DNA of 64,000 bases from Acidimicrobiales bacterium. Its GTDB lineage: Bacteria > Actinomycetota > Acidimicrobiia > Acidimicrobiales > Bin134. Made by a program: the position numbers and the translations under genes. Below the pieces are notes generated by a model. It did not search any database and was not told the origin of the DNA. It saw only the letters and a list, made by a program, of their open reading frames with translations. Where the stretch lies: positions 2,443,247 to 2,507,246 of the forward strand of contig OZ246892.1 in the NCBI GenBank assembly GCA_965231915.1, given 5' to 3'. Positions 27,221 through 37,390 of the stretch are shown piece after piece. The stretch's first letter is position 1. The number at the start of each line of letters is the position of its first letter.

Positions 27221-28606
27221 ATGACCAAACGCGACGTTGTCGTCATCGGCGCCGGGGCGGCGGGGCTGAGCGCAGGCGCTCTTCTGGCCGCCGAGGGCCG
27301 CTCGGTGACCATCCTTGAGAGGTCACCATTCCTGGGCGGCCGGGCGCTGGCGGTGGACGACGAGGGATTCACGGTCAACCTGGGCGGTCACCTCATCGAG
27401 GACCCGGGCTCGGGGCTGACCAAGGTATTCGAGCACGTCGGCAAAGAGCTGATCCACGGCGAGGTGTCCCATGACATGCCGATCTGGGACAACGACGCCG
27501 GCAAGTGGGGATCGATCCGAGACCGCTACCCCGACAAGGCCGAGGTGAAGAAGGTCATCAAGGCCCTAACCGAGACCTCCTGGGACGAACTGGAGGAGTG
27601 GGACGACCGCCCGATGCGGGATTGGCTGGCCCAGCACACCACTGACCAGGGCGTCTATGACCTGTACGAGTTCATAGCCGTGCTGGAGTGCATGACCGAC
27701 GAATGGTACGACCACTCGGCCAGCGACAACCTGTGGGTGCGCAAGATGCACTACGAGGAGCGGCACATGGCCGCCTATTCCTGCTGGCCCGGCCAAGGCT
27801 GGGATGGCATGTGGCAAGACCTGGCCGACGGATTCACCGAGCACGGCGGCGAGCTGCGGATGCAGACCCCGGCCGGGCGGGTGCTGATAGAGAACGGGGC
27901 GGTGGTCGGCGTGTCGATCCCCCACACCCCCAACGTGCCCAACGACTGGGACATCGGCGAGGTGATCGAGTGCGACGCGGTCATCTCCACCCTGCCGGTG
28001 TGGAACGTGTTCAACGTGGTGCCCGAGTGGGAGCTGCCCGAGTGGTACACCAGCCAGATCCGCTACCTGGCCCAAGACCAGTACCGGGTGACCATGCTCA
28101 ACCTCTATTTCGCCACCGAAGAGCCGGTGACCATGTTCGACCCCCGGGAGCTGGCCACCTGGCTCGCCACCCCCCACAGCCCCACGCCGGGGTACATGTA
28201 CGACCAAACGGCGATGGACCCGACCGGCGTTCCCGACGGACTCCATCTCTACTGCACCGGCGGCATAGTCCCCGGCTCGCGTGGGCGGGACCGGCGCTTC
28301 ATCGAAGACATGTACGACCGCCTCGAACAGGGCCTGTACGTGATGTATCCCGGCCTGGCCAAGCACGTATGGAAGAGACGGCTGCTGGCCTTCGACCCGG
28401 CGTTCGGTGTCGCCCAAAAGCCCATGCTGGTGGGCAAATTCCGGCCCCATTGGCGGGCGCCCACCGTGGACGGCCTGTACTTCGCCAGCGAGACGTTCCG
28501 CAGCCGGGGCATCGGCACCGACCGAGCAGCCCGGGCCGCCCTCACCTGTGTGGAGGACATCTTGGCCCGCCGCATCCCCACCTTTGGCGACGGTTGGCGC
28601 TACTGA
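27221..28606 (+). CDS. NAD(P)/FAD-dependent oxidoreductase (phytoene-desaturase-like fold)
   Basis: N-terminal Rossmann motif DVVVIGAGAAGLSAGALLAAEGRSVTILERSPFLGGRA. Confidence 0.8.
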   Translation: MTKRDVVVIGAGAAGLSAGALLAAEGRSVTILERSPFLGGRALAVDDEGFTVNLGGHLIEDPGSGLTKVFEHVGKELIHGEVSHDMPIWDNDAGKWGSIRDRYPDKAEVKKVIKALTETSWDELEEWDDRPMRDWLAQHTTDQGVYDLYEFIAVLECMTDEWYDHSASDNLWVRKMHYEERHMAAYSCWPGQGWDGMWQDLADGFTEHGGELRMQTPAGRVLIENGAVVGVSIPHTPNVPNDWDIGEVIECDAVISTLPVWNVFNVVPEWELPEWYTSQIRYLAQDQYRVTMLNLYFATEEPVTMFDPRELATWLATPHSPTPGYMYDQTAMDPTGVPDGLHLYCTGGIVPGSRGRDRRFIEDMYDRLEQGLYVMYPGLAKHVWKRRLLAFDPAFGVAQKPMLVGKFRPHWRAPTVDGLYFASETFRSRGIGTDRAARAALTCVEDILARRIPTFGDGWRY

Positions 28607-28648
28607 CCGCGACTGACTGATTCTTCAAGACAAGGAGCAACCAAGCAC

Positions 28649-29809
28649 ATGGAGTTCACCCTCACCGACGAACAGCAGATGTTCCAAGAGATGGTCCGCA
28701 ACTGGGTCGAGAAGGAATGCCCCAAGGACGCGGCCCGCGACTATGAGGCCCAGGAGTTCGAGTACCCCTTCGAGCTGTGGGACAAGATGTCCGAAGCCGG
28801 CTTCCACGCCATCGGCCTTCCCCCCGAGCTGGGCGGCCAAGGCGGCGACGTGGTCACCCAGATGATTCTCACCCGTGAGCTGGCCCGCTCGCTGGCCGGT
28901 CTCACCTGGATATTCGGCATCTCCTCGTTCTGCGCCAAGTCGATCAACAAGTTCGCCTCCGACGTGGCCCGCGAGGAGCTCATCCCTCAGCTCGCCGAGG
29001 GCAAGCTGCGGGTGGCCATCGCGGTCACCGAGCCGTCGGGCGGCACCGACCTGATGGGTGCCATGAAGACCCGGGCCACCAAGGTGGACGGCGGTTGGAG
29101 CATCACCGGCCAGAAGATCTGGTCGACCGCGGCCCACGTGTCCGACTACCTGTTCTTGATGGCCCGCACCGAGGACATCCAAGACAAGCCGGCCCGAGGG
29201 GTCACCCTGTTCTTGGTGAAGAACCCGGCTGGAGGGCTCGAATGCCGCCAGATACCCAAGGTGGGCATGAAGTCGGTGGGGTCGTGCGAGGTGTTCCTCG
29301 ACGAAGTGTTCGTTCCCGACGAGTATGTGGTGGGCCAACCCGGCCAGGGTTTCTACCAAATGCTGTCCACCCTCAACAACGAGCGGATCATGGTGGCCGC
29401 GCTGTGTACCGGCATCATCGATGGCTGCATCGAAGAGGCCCTCAGCTACCTGATGGAGAGGGAGGCCTTCGGCAAGAAGATCGGCTCGTTCCAGGTGTGG
29501 CACCAGAATCTGGCCGACATGGCCATGATGCAGAAGCAGTCCGAGCTGATGACCTACTACGCGGCGTGGAAGTCGGAGTCGGGCGAGGACTGCGGCCGGG
29601 AGGCCAACATGGCCAAGGTGGTGGCATCCGAGTACGCCGGCAAGTGCTCCGACATCGCCATCCAGGTGCTGGGCGGAATGGGCTACGCACTCGAAACCCA
29701 TCCTCAGCGCTATTGGCGGGACAGCCGTCTGTACCGCATCGGCCCCATCACCAACGAGATGGCACGGAACAGCATCGCTGAGACCTTCGGACTGCCCCGA
29801 AGCTTCTAG
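28649..29809 (+). CDS. acyl-CoA dehydrogenase
   Basis: ACAD blocks TEPSGGTDL, GQKIWST, and a QVLGGMGY...YRDSRLYRIGPITNEM C-terminus. Confidence 0.9.
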   Translation: MEFTLTDEQQMFQEMVRNWVEKECPKDAARDYEAQEFEYPFELWDKMSEAGFHAIGLPPELGGQGGDVVTQMILTRELARSLAGLTWIFGISSFCAKSINKFASDVAREELIPQLAEGKLRVAIAVTEPSGGTDLMGAMKTRATKVDGGWSITGQKIWSTAAHVSDYLFLMARTEDIQDKPARGVTLFLVKNPAGGLECRQIPKVGMKSVGSCEVFLDEVFVPDEYVVGQPGQGFYQMLSTLNNERIMVAALCTGIIDGCIEEALSYLMEREAFGKKIGSFQVWHQNLADMAMMQKQSELMTYYAAWKSESGEDCGREANMAKVVASEYAGKCSDIAIQVLGGMGYALETHPQRYWRDSRLYRIGPITNEMARNSIAETFGLPRSF

Positions 29810-30612
29810 TGGGCAACGCTTTAGAGGGGCGCGCCGCGCTGGTCACCGGAGCCGGCCGGGGCATCGGGTTGGCGGTTGCTTCTCGGCTGGCCCGTGACGG
29901 GGCCGCGGTGGTGGTGAACGACGTGGACGCCGACGTGGCCGATGAGGCCGCAGCCTCCATCACCGCCGCTGGCGGACAGGCCGTGTCCGCTCCTGGGTCG
30001 GTGGTAGACCTAGACGATGTCGCCGCCATGCTGGGCACCGCTCAAGACACATTCGGCAGCCTGGACATCCTGGTGAACAACGCGGGAATCACCGCCGACG
30101 CCATGGCCCACAACATGACCGACGAGCAGTGGAACCTGGTGTGCGAGGTGGCCCTCAAGGGCACGTTCAACCTGTGCCGGGCGGCTTTTCCAATGCTTCG
30201 GGGCAGCCGAGACAACCCACCGGCCCACCACCGCAAGATTGTCAACATGGCCTCCATCAACGGGATCTACGGGATCGCGGGCAACGCCAACTACTCGGCG
30301 GCCAAGGGCGGGGTGATAGCGCTCACCAAGTCGCTGGCCCGGGAGTGGGCCCGCCATCGGATCAACGTCAACGCGGTGGCACCGGGCTATATCGCCGGCA
30401 CCCGCCTCACCGGCGCTCGCGACGATGACACCGGCCTGGGCATCCCCGAGTCGATCATCGAGCGCATCGAGGCCCAGATCCCCATCGGGCGGGCCGGAAC
30501 CCCCGAGGACGTGGCCGGGGCCTGCGCTTGGCTGGCGTCCCCCGATTCCGACTATGCAACCGGTCAGGTGATCGAACTCCACGGAGGCCGAGAGATGGTT
30601 GAGCTCTTATGA
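29809..30612 (+). CDS. SDR family oxidoreductase (FabG-like)
   Basis: ALVTGAGRGIG, NNAG, YSAAKGG. Confidence 0.9.
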   Translation: MGNALEGRAALVTGAGRGIGLAVASRLARDGAAVVVNDVDADVADEAAASITAAGGQAVSAPGSVVDLDDVAAMLGTAQDTFGSLDILVNNAGITADAMAHNMTDEQWNLVCEVALKGTFNLCRAAFPMLRGSRDNPPAHHRKIVNMASINGIYGIAGNANYSAAKGGVIALTKSLAREWARHRINVNAVAPGYIAGTRLTGARDDDTGLGIPESIIERIEAQIPIGRAGTPEDVAGACAWLASPDSDYATGQVIELHGGREMVELL

Positions 30613-31496
30613 GCGCAGAAAAACTGACGACGCTGCCTGAGGCGGCCGCGCTGGTGCGCGATGGCGACACCGTGGCCATCCAGAACATGGCCACCCAGGC
30701 CGCGCCGATGGCCCTCGTGCGAGAACTGATCCGCCAGGGTCGGCGAGAACTCGGGGTGGTGTGCTTGGTAGGCGGCATCCCCGTGGACTTGCTGGCCGCA
30801 GCCGGGGCCATAAACCGCCTCATCGGCGCCGCGGTATCCATGGAGCAATTCGGACTGTGCCAGCGCTACCGCAAAGCGGTAGAAGCCGGTGCAATACGGG
30901 TAGAGGAGCTCTCGGAGACCGCGTTGAATGCCCGCTTGGGTGCCGGTGCTCGCAACCTGCCGTTCTTGCCCACCCGGGGGCTGATCGGCACCGACCTGAT
31001 CGACGTGAACGACAACCTGATGATGCTCGACGACCCGTTCGGCGGTCCGTCGGTGGTGGCCTGCAAGGCGCTGGTGCCCGATGTGGCGCTGGTACACGCC
31101 CACAAGGCCGACCGGTTCGGCAACATTGGCTACGAGCCCACCGCCCTGTGGCCCGACCTGGGCATCATGCCCAAGGCGGCCACCACGGTGATCGTCACCG
31201 CCGAAGAGATCGTCGACTCCGAAGTGCTGCGAGCCAACCCCGACCGCACGGTGCTGCCCGGCTTCATGGTGGATGCTGTGGTGGAGGCCCCCTACGGCGC
31301 CCATCCCACCTCGTTCTTCCCCCGCTACGGCTACGACACGGCAATGCACCTCGAGTGGATTGGCGCCACCCGAGACGACGACGCGGTGGCTGCGTTTATG
31401 GAGAAGTACGTGACTGGCCCCTCTGACCACGCGGCCTACTTGGAGGCCGTGGGCGGCGCCGACCGGACGGCTGCCCTGGAAGCGTGGGAGGCATAA
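30609..31496 (+). CDS. CoA-transferase subunit A (glutaconate-CoA-transferase-like)
   Basis: LPEAAALVRDGDTVAIQNMATQAAPMALVRELIRQ...ALVHAHKADRFGN. The start overlaps the upstream stop. Confidence 0.85.
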   Translation: MSAEKLTTLPEAAALVRDGDTVAIQNMATQAAPMALVRELIRQGRRELGVVCLVGGIPVDLLAAAGAINRLIGAAVSMEQFGLCQRYRKAVEAGAIRVEELSETALNARLGAGARNLPFLPTRGLIGTDLIDVNDNLMMLDDPFGGPSVVACKALVPDVALVHAHKADRFGNIGYEPTALWPDLGIMPKAATTVIVTAEEIVDSEVLRANPDRTVLPGFMVDAVVEAPYGAHPTSFFPRYGYDTAMHLEWIGATRDDDAVAAFMEKYVTGPSDHAAYLEAVGGADRTAALEAWEA

Positions 31497-32314
31497 TGAG
31501 CGACTGGCAGAACAGCCCTCCGGCTGGTGACTGGACCATCGATGAGCTGATGATCGCCCGGCTGGCCGCGTGCTTCGCCGACGGCGACCAGGCCTGCAAC
31601 GGCATGGCCTCGTTCGTGCCGGTCAGCGCCTTTTGGCTGGCCCGGCTCACCCACGCCCCCGACCTGGTGTGGCTGGCGGGAGCGGTGGGGCTCGAACCCC
31701 GCCCCGACCGGGTTCCCGCCTCCACCCTGGAGGCCCCGCTGTGGCGGGACTCCATTATGTATGTGGAGCAGTTCGGCGACTTCTGGAACTTCGCCCTCAA
31801 CGGCCGGTGGCTCACCAAGTTCTGCGTGGGTGCTGCCCAGCTCGACCGCTACGGCAACGGCAACAACTCGGTGATCGGCTCTGACTACCACAACCCCAGA
31901 GTGCGGCTGCCGGGCACCGCTGGGCTGGGCGACATGGGCTCCATCGGCAAGGCGCTGTACTACTGGAATCCCAACCACAACCCCCGCTCGCTGGTGGAGA
32001 GGGTGGACTTCATCTCCTGCGCGGGCTATTTGGGCGGCGGGTCGGAGCGGGCCGACGCCGGTTTGGAAGGCGGACCTGAGCTGGTGATCACCAACCTGTG
32101 CGTTATGGATTTCCACCCGGAAACCCGACACATGCAGGTGGCGTCGCTGCATCCCGGGGTCACCTTCGAGCAGGTGCAAGAGGCCACCGGCTTCGAGCTG
32201 CCCGCCGCTGAAGGGCAGTTGCCCACTACCCCAGTCCCCACCAGTGAGCAGGTGCGCCTCATCAGAGATGTCATCGACCCCGACAACATGCGCCGCCGGG
32301 AGTTTGGCGGATGA
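31496..32314 (+). CDS. CoA-transferase subunit B
   Basis: TAATG overlap. MSDWQ...TIDELMIARLAACF...GNGNNSVIG. Paralog of 53106..53903. Confidence 0.8.
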   Translation: MSDWQNSPPAGDWTIDELMIARLAACFADGDQACNGMASFVPVSAFWLARLTHAPDLVWLAGAVGLEPRPDRVPASTLEAPLWRDSIMYVEQFGDFWNFALNGRWLTKFCVGAAQLDRYGNGNNSVIGSDYHNPRVRLPGTAGLGDMGSIGKALYYWNPNHNPRSLVERVDFISCAGYLGGGSERADAGLEGGPELVITNLCVMDFHPETRHMQVASLHPGVTFEQVQEATGFELPAAEGQLPTTPVPTSEQVRLIRDVIDPDNMRRREFGG

Positions 32315-33417
32315 AAGACCTGGAAATCGGCGTACCGGGGCAGATCATGCCGCCCGCGGATCGGGCGGTGACCCTGGGCCAACGGGCCGAAGCCGACGGA
32401 TTCGACGCCCTGTGGTGGCCGTGCCATCTCATGGGCTGGCATCCCGACTCGATTTGGACCCCAGACATGAGCCCGCTGGCCGCGATGCAGCCCAGCTCCC
32501 ATGTGTACTTCGACCCGCTGGTGATGATGGGCGCGGTTGGGGCTCAGACCGAGACCATCAAGGTGGGATCGGTGGTGACCGACCTGATCCGCCGCCACCC
32601 GGCCATGGTGGCCAACATGGCTCTCACCGTCGACCACCTCACTCAAGGCCGGTCGATCTTGGGACTGGGCTCGGGAGAGCGGATGAACGTGACCCCTTAC
32701 GGCATGGGCTTTGACCGCCCGGTCGGCCGTCTCGAAGAGGGCATCGAGATCATCCGGGCACTGTGGGCCGCCGACGGCCCCATCAACTACGAGGGCAAGT
32801 TCCATCAGCTAAAGGACGCAGTGCTGGGCCTGTCCCCCTACGGTGACGCTCCCCCGCCGATCTGGACTGCGGCCCACGGCCCCAGGATGCTGAACATCAC
32901 CGGGCGGCTGGCCGACGGCTGGCTGCCCACCAAACTGGCCCCCGAGGTCTATTCCGATTCGCTGACCACCATTCGCCAGGCGTCGGTGGACGCGGGACGG
33001 AGCGCCGACGCCGTCACACCGGGGCTCTTGGCCTACGTGCTGGCCGCTCCCGACGAGGCCACGCTGCGGCGTATGCAGGAGGCCCCGCTGCTGCGAGCCA
33101 TCATGGTCATGCTGCCCCCGCAGATCTTCCGCCAACTGGGCGTGGAACCGCCCGAGGGATTTCACGAGCTGATCCCCGCTTCGGTGCCCCGCCAGCAGGC
33201 CGAGGCCATCATCGCCGGCATCCCCCCCAAGGTGGTGGACTACTACTGCTTCTGCGGCACCCCCGAGCAGATCGCCGAGGAGGTCCGCACCTACTACGAC
33301 GCCGGTCTGCGCCATTTGATCATGTGGAACGTGACCGCCTTCGGCGACCCCGAGTTGGCCGGCTGGTCTTTCCGGGCCATGCGCGAGGTCAAAGACATCT
33401 TGAGGAGCGAGGGATGA
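32311..33417 (+). CDS. LLM-class F420/flavin-dependent oxidoreductase
   Basis: FDALWWPCHLMGW...RSILGLGSGERMN... Confidence 0.85.
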   Translation: MKDLEIGVPGQIMPPADRAVTLGQRAEADGFDALWWPCHLMGWHPDSIWTPDMSPLAAMQPSSHVYFDPLVMMGAVGAQTETIKVGSVVTDLIRRHPAMVANMALTVDHLTQGRSILGLGSGERMNVTPYGMGFDRPVGRLEEGIEIIRALWAADGPINYEGKFHQLKDAVLGLSPYGDAPPPIWTAAHGPRMLNITGRLADGWLPTKLAPEVYSDSLTTIRQASVDAGRSADAVTPGLLAYVLAAPDEATLRRMQEAPLLRAIMVMLPPQIFRQLGVEPPEGFHELIPASVPRQQAEAIIAGIPPKVVDYYCFCGTPEQIAEEVRTYYDAGLRHLIMWNVTAFGDPELAGWSFRAMREVKDILRSEG

Positions 33418-33806
33418 GCCAGCCTGAACATACGAGAAGCCCGTTGGAAACAATCCAGAGCTACTTCACCGCCCTCAACACCGAAGACTGGGAGCTGATG
33501 GCCACGGTGCTGCACCCCGAGGTCGATCTGGTGCCCACCGGATCACGCCCTCGCACCGGTTCCGACAAGGCCATCGCCATGTTTCAGAAGATCTTCGAGC
33601 GCTTCCCAGTCCACGCCGACGACCCCACCCGATACATCTGCGACGGCAGCACCGTGGTGGTGGAGATCACCTTCACCGGCGCCACGGCTGACGGGCTCGA
33701 CGTGACCTTCGACGCGGTTGACATCTTCGACGTCGAAGATGGCCGTATCTGCCGCCTCTCCCAGTGGTTCGACTCTGCCGCGCTGGCTGCGATGTTGCAG
33801 GCGTGA
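33414..33806 (+). CDS. SnoaL/NTF2-like family protein
   Basis: ATGA overlap. ETIQSYFTALNTEDWELMATVLHPEVDLV... Confidence 0.75.
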   Translation: MSQPEHTRSPLETIQSYFTALNTEDWELMATVLHPEVDLVPTGSRPRTGSDKAIAMFQKIFERFPVHADDPTRYICDGSTVVVEITFTGATADGLDVTFDAVDIFDVEDGRICRLSQWFDSAALAAMLQA

Positions 33807-33941
33807 CCGCGTTTATCTGGTCTGCGGCATTTGCCCGGGCTGCGGGTCCTGTCGCCGGGGCGGCTCGGCGCGCGGTGGCGCCGAGTCCCAGCCGTGACGC
33901 CACCCACAGCCCTCACGGGGGCCATCCCACAAATCCGTGAT

Positions 33942-35498
33942 ATGCCTTCGGTAGTCGTCGTCGGGTCGGGGGCGGCAGGACTGACCGCGGCCGTGACGGC
34001 AGCTCAGGCGGGAGCTGAGGTGACCGTGGTAGAGCGGGCCCCGGTTCTGGGTGGGACCACAGCGCTGTCGGGCGGACTGGCCTGGATGCCGGCCAACCCG
34101 ATGATGGCCGCCGAAGGGGTGGACGACTCCCCCGCCGAAGCTCGGAAATACCTGCGGGCCCTGCGGCTGGGGGACGTGGACGACGATCTCGTGGACTATT
34201 TCGCTGGGCAGGCGTCATCTGTGGCCGACTGGCTGGAGTCGGCCACCGGGCTCTCGTGGCAGACCGTCCCCTATCCCGACTACCACCCCGAACTGCCCGG
34301 TGGAAAACCCGGCCACCGGCCCCTGGAGCCCCAGCCCCGAGTGGTGCGGGCTGAACTCGACCAGCGAATCCGCACTGCCCCCAACGTGACTGCCCCAATC
34401 ACCTACCGGGAACTGGCCACTGGAAACATCAATTGGGACGAAGTAGCCGACCGAACAAGCCACGGAGTGATCACCATGGGCCGGTCGATGATTGCCTCGC
34501 TGGTAGAGGCGGCCGAAGCTGCCGGCGCGATGATCCATGTTGGAACGGGGGTAGATGGCCTTGCCCAGTCCGGCGGCACCGTGAACGGAGTGCGGATCGG
34601 CGACGAGGTGCTACCCGGACGGGTGATCCTGGCTTCCGGCGGATTCGAGCGCGATCCCGCCATGGTGCAGTCATTCCTGCGGGGACCGATGACCGGCCCA
34701 GTGGGTGCCCCCGGCATGGACGGCACCGCTTTGCGGCTGGCACTAGCCATGGGCGCCGAACTGGGCAACATGGCCGAGGCCTGGTGGTGCCCGGCCATGA
34801 CCGTGCCTGGCGAAGAGATCGATGGCCAGCCGTTCCACCGTCTAGTACTCACCGAGCGGGCTCGGCCCCGGTCGCTGATGGTGGACTCCCGGGGGCGGCG
34901 GTTCGCAAACGAAGCCTGCAATTACAACGACGTCGGCCGGGCTATGCACGCCTTCGACCCCACTAGCTTCCAGCACCCAGCCTCCACTTCCTGGCTGGTG
35001 TTCGACGCCGGTTATCGCCGCCAATACCACCTGGGGCCGTTACGTCGGGGAGGGTCAGATCCAGAGTGGCTGCACCGGGCCGAGAGCCTGGCTGAACTGG
35101 CCGACGCCATCGGCGTGAGTGGAAGCGAGCTGGCCGCATCGGTAGCCCGATTCAACGAACTGGCTGCCGCGGGCGACGACCCCGACTTCGGCCGTAGCCG
35201 CTCCATCTACGACCGTTTCGTCGGCGACCCCGCCGCCCCCCACCCCACCCTCGGCCCAGTAGACGAGCCGCCGTTCTACGCCGTCCGCCTCCACCCTGGC
35301 TGCCTGGGCACCAAAGGCGGCCCCCGCACCAACGTCAACGGCCAGGTCCGCCACCAAGACGGCGACCTAATCGAAGGCCTCTACGCCGTCGGCAACGCCG
35401 CCGCCAGCCCCCTCGGCGCCGCCTACCCCGGCGCCGGAGGCACCATCGGCCCCCTCCTGGTCGCCGCCCGCGCCGCTGGCATCACAGCAGCCAGCTAG
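33942..35498 (+). CDS. FAD-binding dehydrogenase (KstD / fumarate-reductase flavoprotein-like)
   Basis: The internal ATG gives MPSVVVVGSGAAGLTAAVTAAQAGAEVTVVERAPVLGGTTALSGG; the C-terminus contains LYAVGNAAAS. Confidence 0.85.
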   Translation: MPSVVVVGSGAAGLTAAVTAAQAGAEVTVVERAPVLGGTTALSGGLAWMPANPMMAAEGVDDSPAEARKYLRALRLGDVDDDLVDYFAGQASSVADWLESATGLSWQTVPYPDYHPELPGGKPGHRPLEPQPRVVRAELDQRIRTAPNVTAPITYRELATGNINWDEVADRTSHGVITMGRSMIASLVEAAEAAGAMIHVGTGVDGLAQSGGTVNGVRIGDEVLPGRVILASGGFERDPAMVQSFLRGPMTGPVGAPGMDGTALRLALAMGAELGNMAEAWWCPAMTVPGEEIDGQPFHRLVLTERARPRSLMVDSRGRRFANEACNYNDVGRAMHAFDPTSFQHPASTSWLVFDAGYRRQYHLGPLRRGGSDPEWLHRAESLAELADAIGVSGSELAASVARFNELAAAGDDPDFGRSRSIYDRFVGDPAAPHPTLGPVDEPPFYAVRLHPGCLGTKGGPRTNVNGQVRHQDGDLIEGLYAVGNAAASPLGAAYPGAGGTIGPLLVAARAAGITAAS

Positions 35499-35522
35499 CG
35501 TGTCCCGCGGCAGGTTGCCCTC

Positions 35523-35771
35523 TTAAAGCCGCTCTGGAACCCCAAGGAACTCTGCTGACTTGGTCAAGCTGGCCATTAGTGCATCTTGAGTGAATGACAC
35601 TGTCAGGTCAGCAAGCACGCCTTCGCATTCTGCCCACTCCGTGATCATGGCCAAGAGCTCTTCCAGGTCGTCCGAACCACCGGTGAATCCAATGTCGTCC
35701 TCAGCCCACCAACGGACGCCATCATCTTGGTTGAGGTGTATTCGCACTTGGTGCTTCATTCCTTCGAGCAC
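35523..35771 (-). CDS. HicB-like antitoxin (tentative)
   Basis: Immediately downstream of hicA. MKHQVRIHLNQDDGVRWWAEDDIGFTGGSDDLEELLAMITEW resembles HicB/DUF1902 N-domains. Confidence 0.55.
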   Translation of the reverse strand: MLEGMKHQVRIHLNQDDGVRWWAEDDIGFTGGSDDLEELLAMITEWAECEGVLADLTVSFTQDALMASLTKSAEFLGVPERL

Positions 35772-35781
35772 TCCTTACCAT

Positions 35782-36021
35782 CTACAGCAACTGCCGTATC
35801 TCGTCGTCGGTCAATCCAGCCCGCTCCACCAGCATATGCCGAAGCGCCCAGGGGGGAACTTCAGACCGGTCATGGAACGCGAACCCAATCGGCAAGCGCC
35901 CCTCCGCAACCAGTTTGCGATGTGATCCCCTTTGCCGCTCAATCCGGTATCCAATGCTCCTGAGCATTCTCAGCACCGTACGCGCCTTCAGCGCAGGAAA
36001 GTGGGACGACGGGATGGGCAT
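35782..36021 (-). CDS. hicA: HicA family mRNA-interferase toxin
   Basis: 79 aa. KARTVLRMLRSIGYRIERQRGSHRKL. Confidence 0.8.
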   Translation of the reverse strand: MPIPSSHFPALKARTVLRMLRSIGYRIERQRGSHRKLVAEGRLPIGFAFHDRSEVPPWALRHMLVERAGLTDDEIRQLL

Positions 36022-36112
36022 GGCGTCAGCGGCGCAAATACTCGCTTGCCGAGATCATTCTCGCGTTTCCGATCCCCCTTGCTGTCGGCTTGTTGTTGCC
36101 CATACATGCTCC

Positions 36113-36162
36113 TGTGGATATGTGGAAATGTCTGTGGATACAGTTATTTTCAATATTTTTCC
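36113..36162. repeat. TGTGGATAT-type module, copy 1 (three DnaA-box-like 9-mers plus an AT tract)
   Basis: TGTGGATAT/TGTGGAAAT/gtc/TGTGGATAC followed by AGTTATTTTCAATATTTTTCC, about 100 nt upstream of the MTase start. Confidence 0.5.
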
Positions 36163-36269
36163 GTGTATCAAGGAGCCAGTGTCGTTCGAAAGGGTTTTCG
36201 GCTTGCTCGCCATCCCCAGCAGGGTGAAGAGCGCAAGGCTCAACTCGCCGCTGCCTAGGCTTGGTCCTG

Positions 36270-37124
36270 ATGGGAAAGATCGTTTTCGGTGACAACCTGC
36301 CGGTCTTGCGGGGCTTGTCCGACGGCAGCGTTGACCTCATCTATGTCGACCCGCCGTTCAACACCGGCAAGCGCCAAGAGCGCGAGCGGATCAAGACGGT
36401 GCATGACGAGGCCAACGGCGATCGAACAGGCTTCGCCGGTCGCCGCTACCAGACCATCCGCCTGGGCAAGTCTGGCTACGAAGACGCCTTCGACGACTAC
36501 ATGGCCTTCCTGGCTCCCCGCTTCGAGGAGGCCCACCGAGTGCTGGCCGACAACGGCAGTTTCTTCCTCCACATCGACTACCGGGAGGTCCACTACTGCA
36601 AGGTGCTTCTCGACCAGATCTTCGGCCGAGAGTCGTTCATGAACGAGATCATCTGGGCCTACGACTACGGCGCCCGCTCCAAGAGGAAGTGGTCAGCCAA
36701 GCACGACAGCATCCTGTGGTACGCCAAAGACCCTGCTGACTACACATTCTGCTTCGAGGAGATGGACCGGATCCCCTACATGGCCCCTGGTCTAGTAGGC
36801 AAGGAGAAGGCCGCCCGCGGCAAGACTCCCACCGACGTGTGGTGGCACACCATCGTGAGCCCCAACGGGAAAGAGAAAACCGGCTACGCCACCCAGAAGC
36901 CCCTCGGCGTCCTCGAACGTCTGGTGAAAGTCCACTCCCGCCCAGGCGACCTGTTGCTCGACTTCTTCGCCGGCAGCGGCACCCTCGGCGAAGCCGCCGC
37001 CAAACACGGCCGCGACTACCTCCTCATCGACAACAACCCCGAAGCCATCCAAGTCATGATCCAGCGCCTCGCCCCCACCAATCCCGAACTCATCGGCTGC
37101 GACGCTCTACTCGGAACGCCGTAG
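36270..37124 (+). CDS. beta-class N6-adenine or N4-cytosine DNA methyltransferase
   Basis: Motif IV DLIYVDPPFN lies N-terminal to motif I LLDFFAGSGTLGEAA. An alternative TTG start lies at 36261. Confidence 0.9.
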   Translation: MGKIVFGDNLPVLRGLSDGSVDLIYVDPPFNTGKRQERERIKTVHDEANGDRTGFAGRRYQTIRLGKSGYEDAFDDYMAFLAPRFEEAHRVLADNGSFFLHIDYREVHYCKVLLDQIFGRESFMNEIIWAYDYGARSKRKWSAKHDSILWYAKDPADYTFCFEEMDRIPYMAPGLVGKEKAARGKTPTDVWWHTIVSPNGKEKTGYATQKPLGVLERLVKVHSRPGDLLLDFFAGSGTLGEAAAKHGRDYLLIDNNPEAIQVMIQRLAPTNPELIGCDALLGTP

Positions 37125-37330
37125 AGCACTAAGGGCACTCCCCCAATTCCCATTCCCCGCCAGCAAACGCCGACTCAGCACACAGGTCGCCGACGAAGAT
37201 TCCCAGCGTGTCCGCATCGCATCCAAAGAATGACACCGGCAGCGACCCGACTTTGCCAGCCTCCTGGACCACATTCTCAAAGTAGCAACTTGTGAACTCA
37301 GGGAACCTATCTAACTTGGTCTGAGTTCTT

Positions 37331-37390
37331 TGTGGATATGTGGATATCTCTGTTGATTAAGTGTATTTCAGTATGATTATATATATTTCC
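37331..37390. repeat. TGTGGATAT-type module, copy 2
   Basis: TGTGGATATGTGGATATCTCTGTTGATT... The first 28 nt match copy 1 at 24/28 positions by hand alignment. An AT tract follows (GTATGATTATATATATTTCC). Confidence 0.5.

Noticed and set aside
37129-37356. Start-less open frame on the minus strand in the MTase/dcm gap. It ends 5 nt after the MTase stop (...FPEFTSCYFENVVQEAGKVGSLPVSFFGCDADTLGIFVGDLCAESAFAGGEWELGECP*).
   Set aside because: It looks protein-like and could be a remnant of a lost restriction gene. However, it has no ATG (only a GTG giving 47 aa) and no recognisable family, and its upstream part runs through the repeat module. It cannot be supported as a gene.
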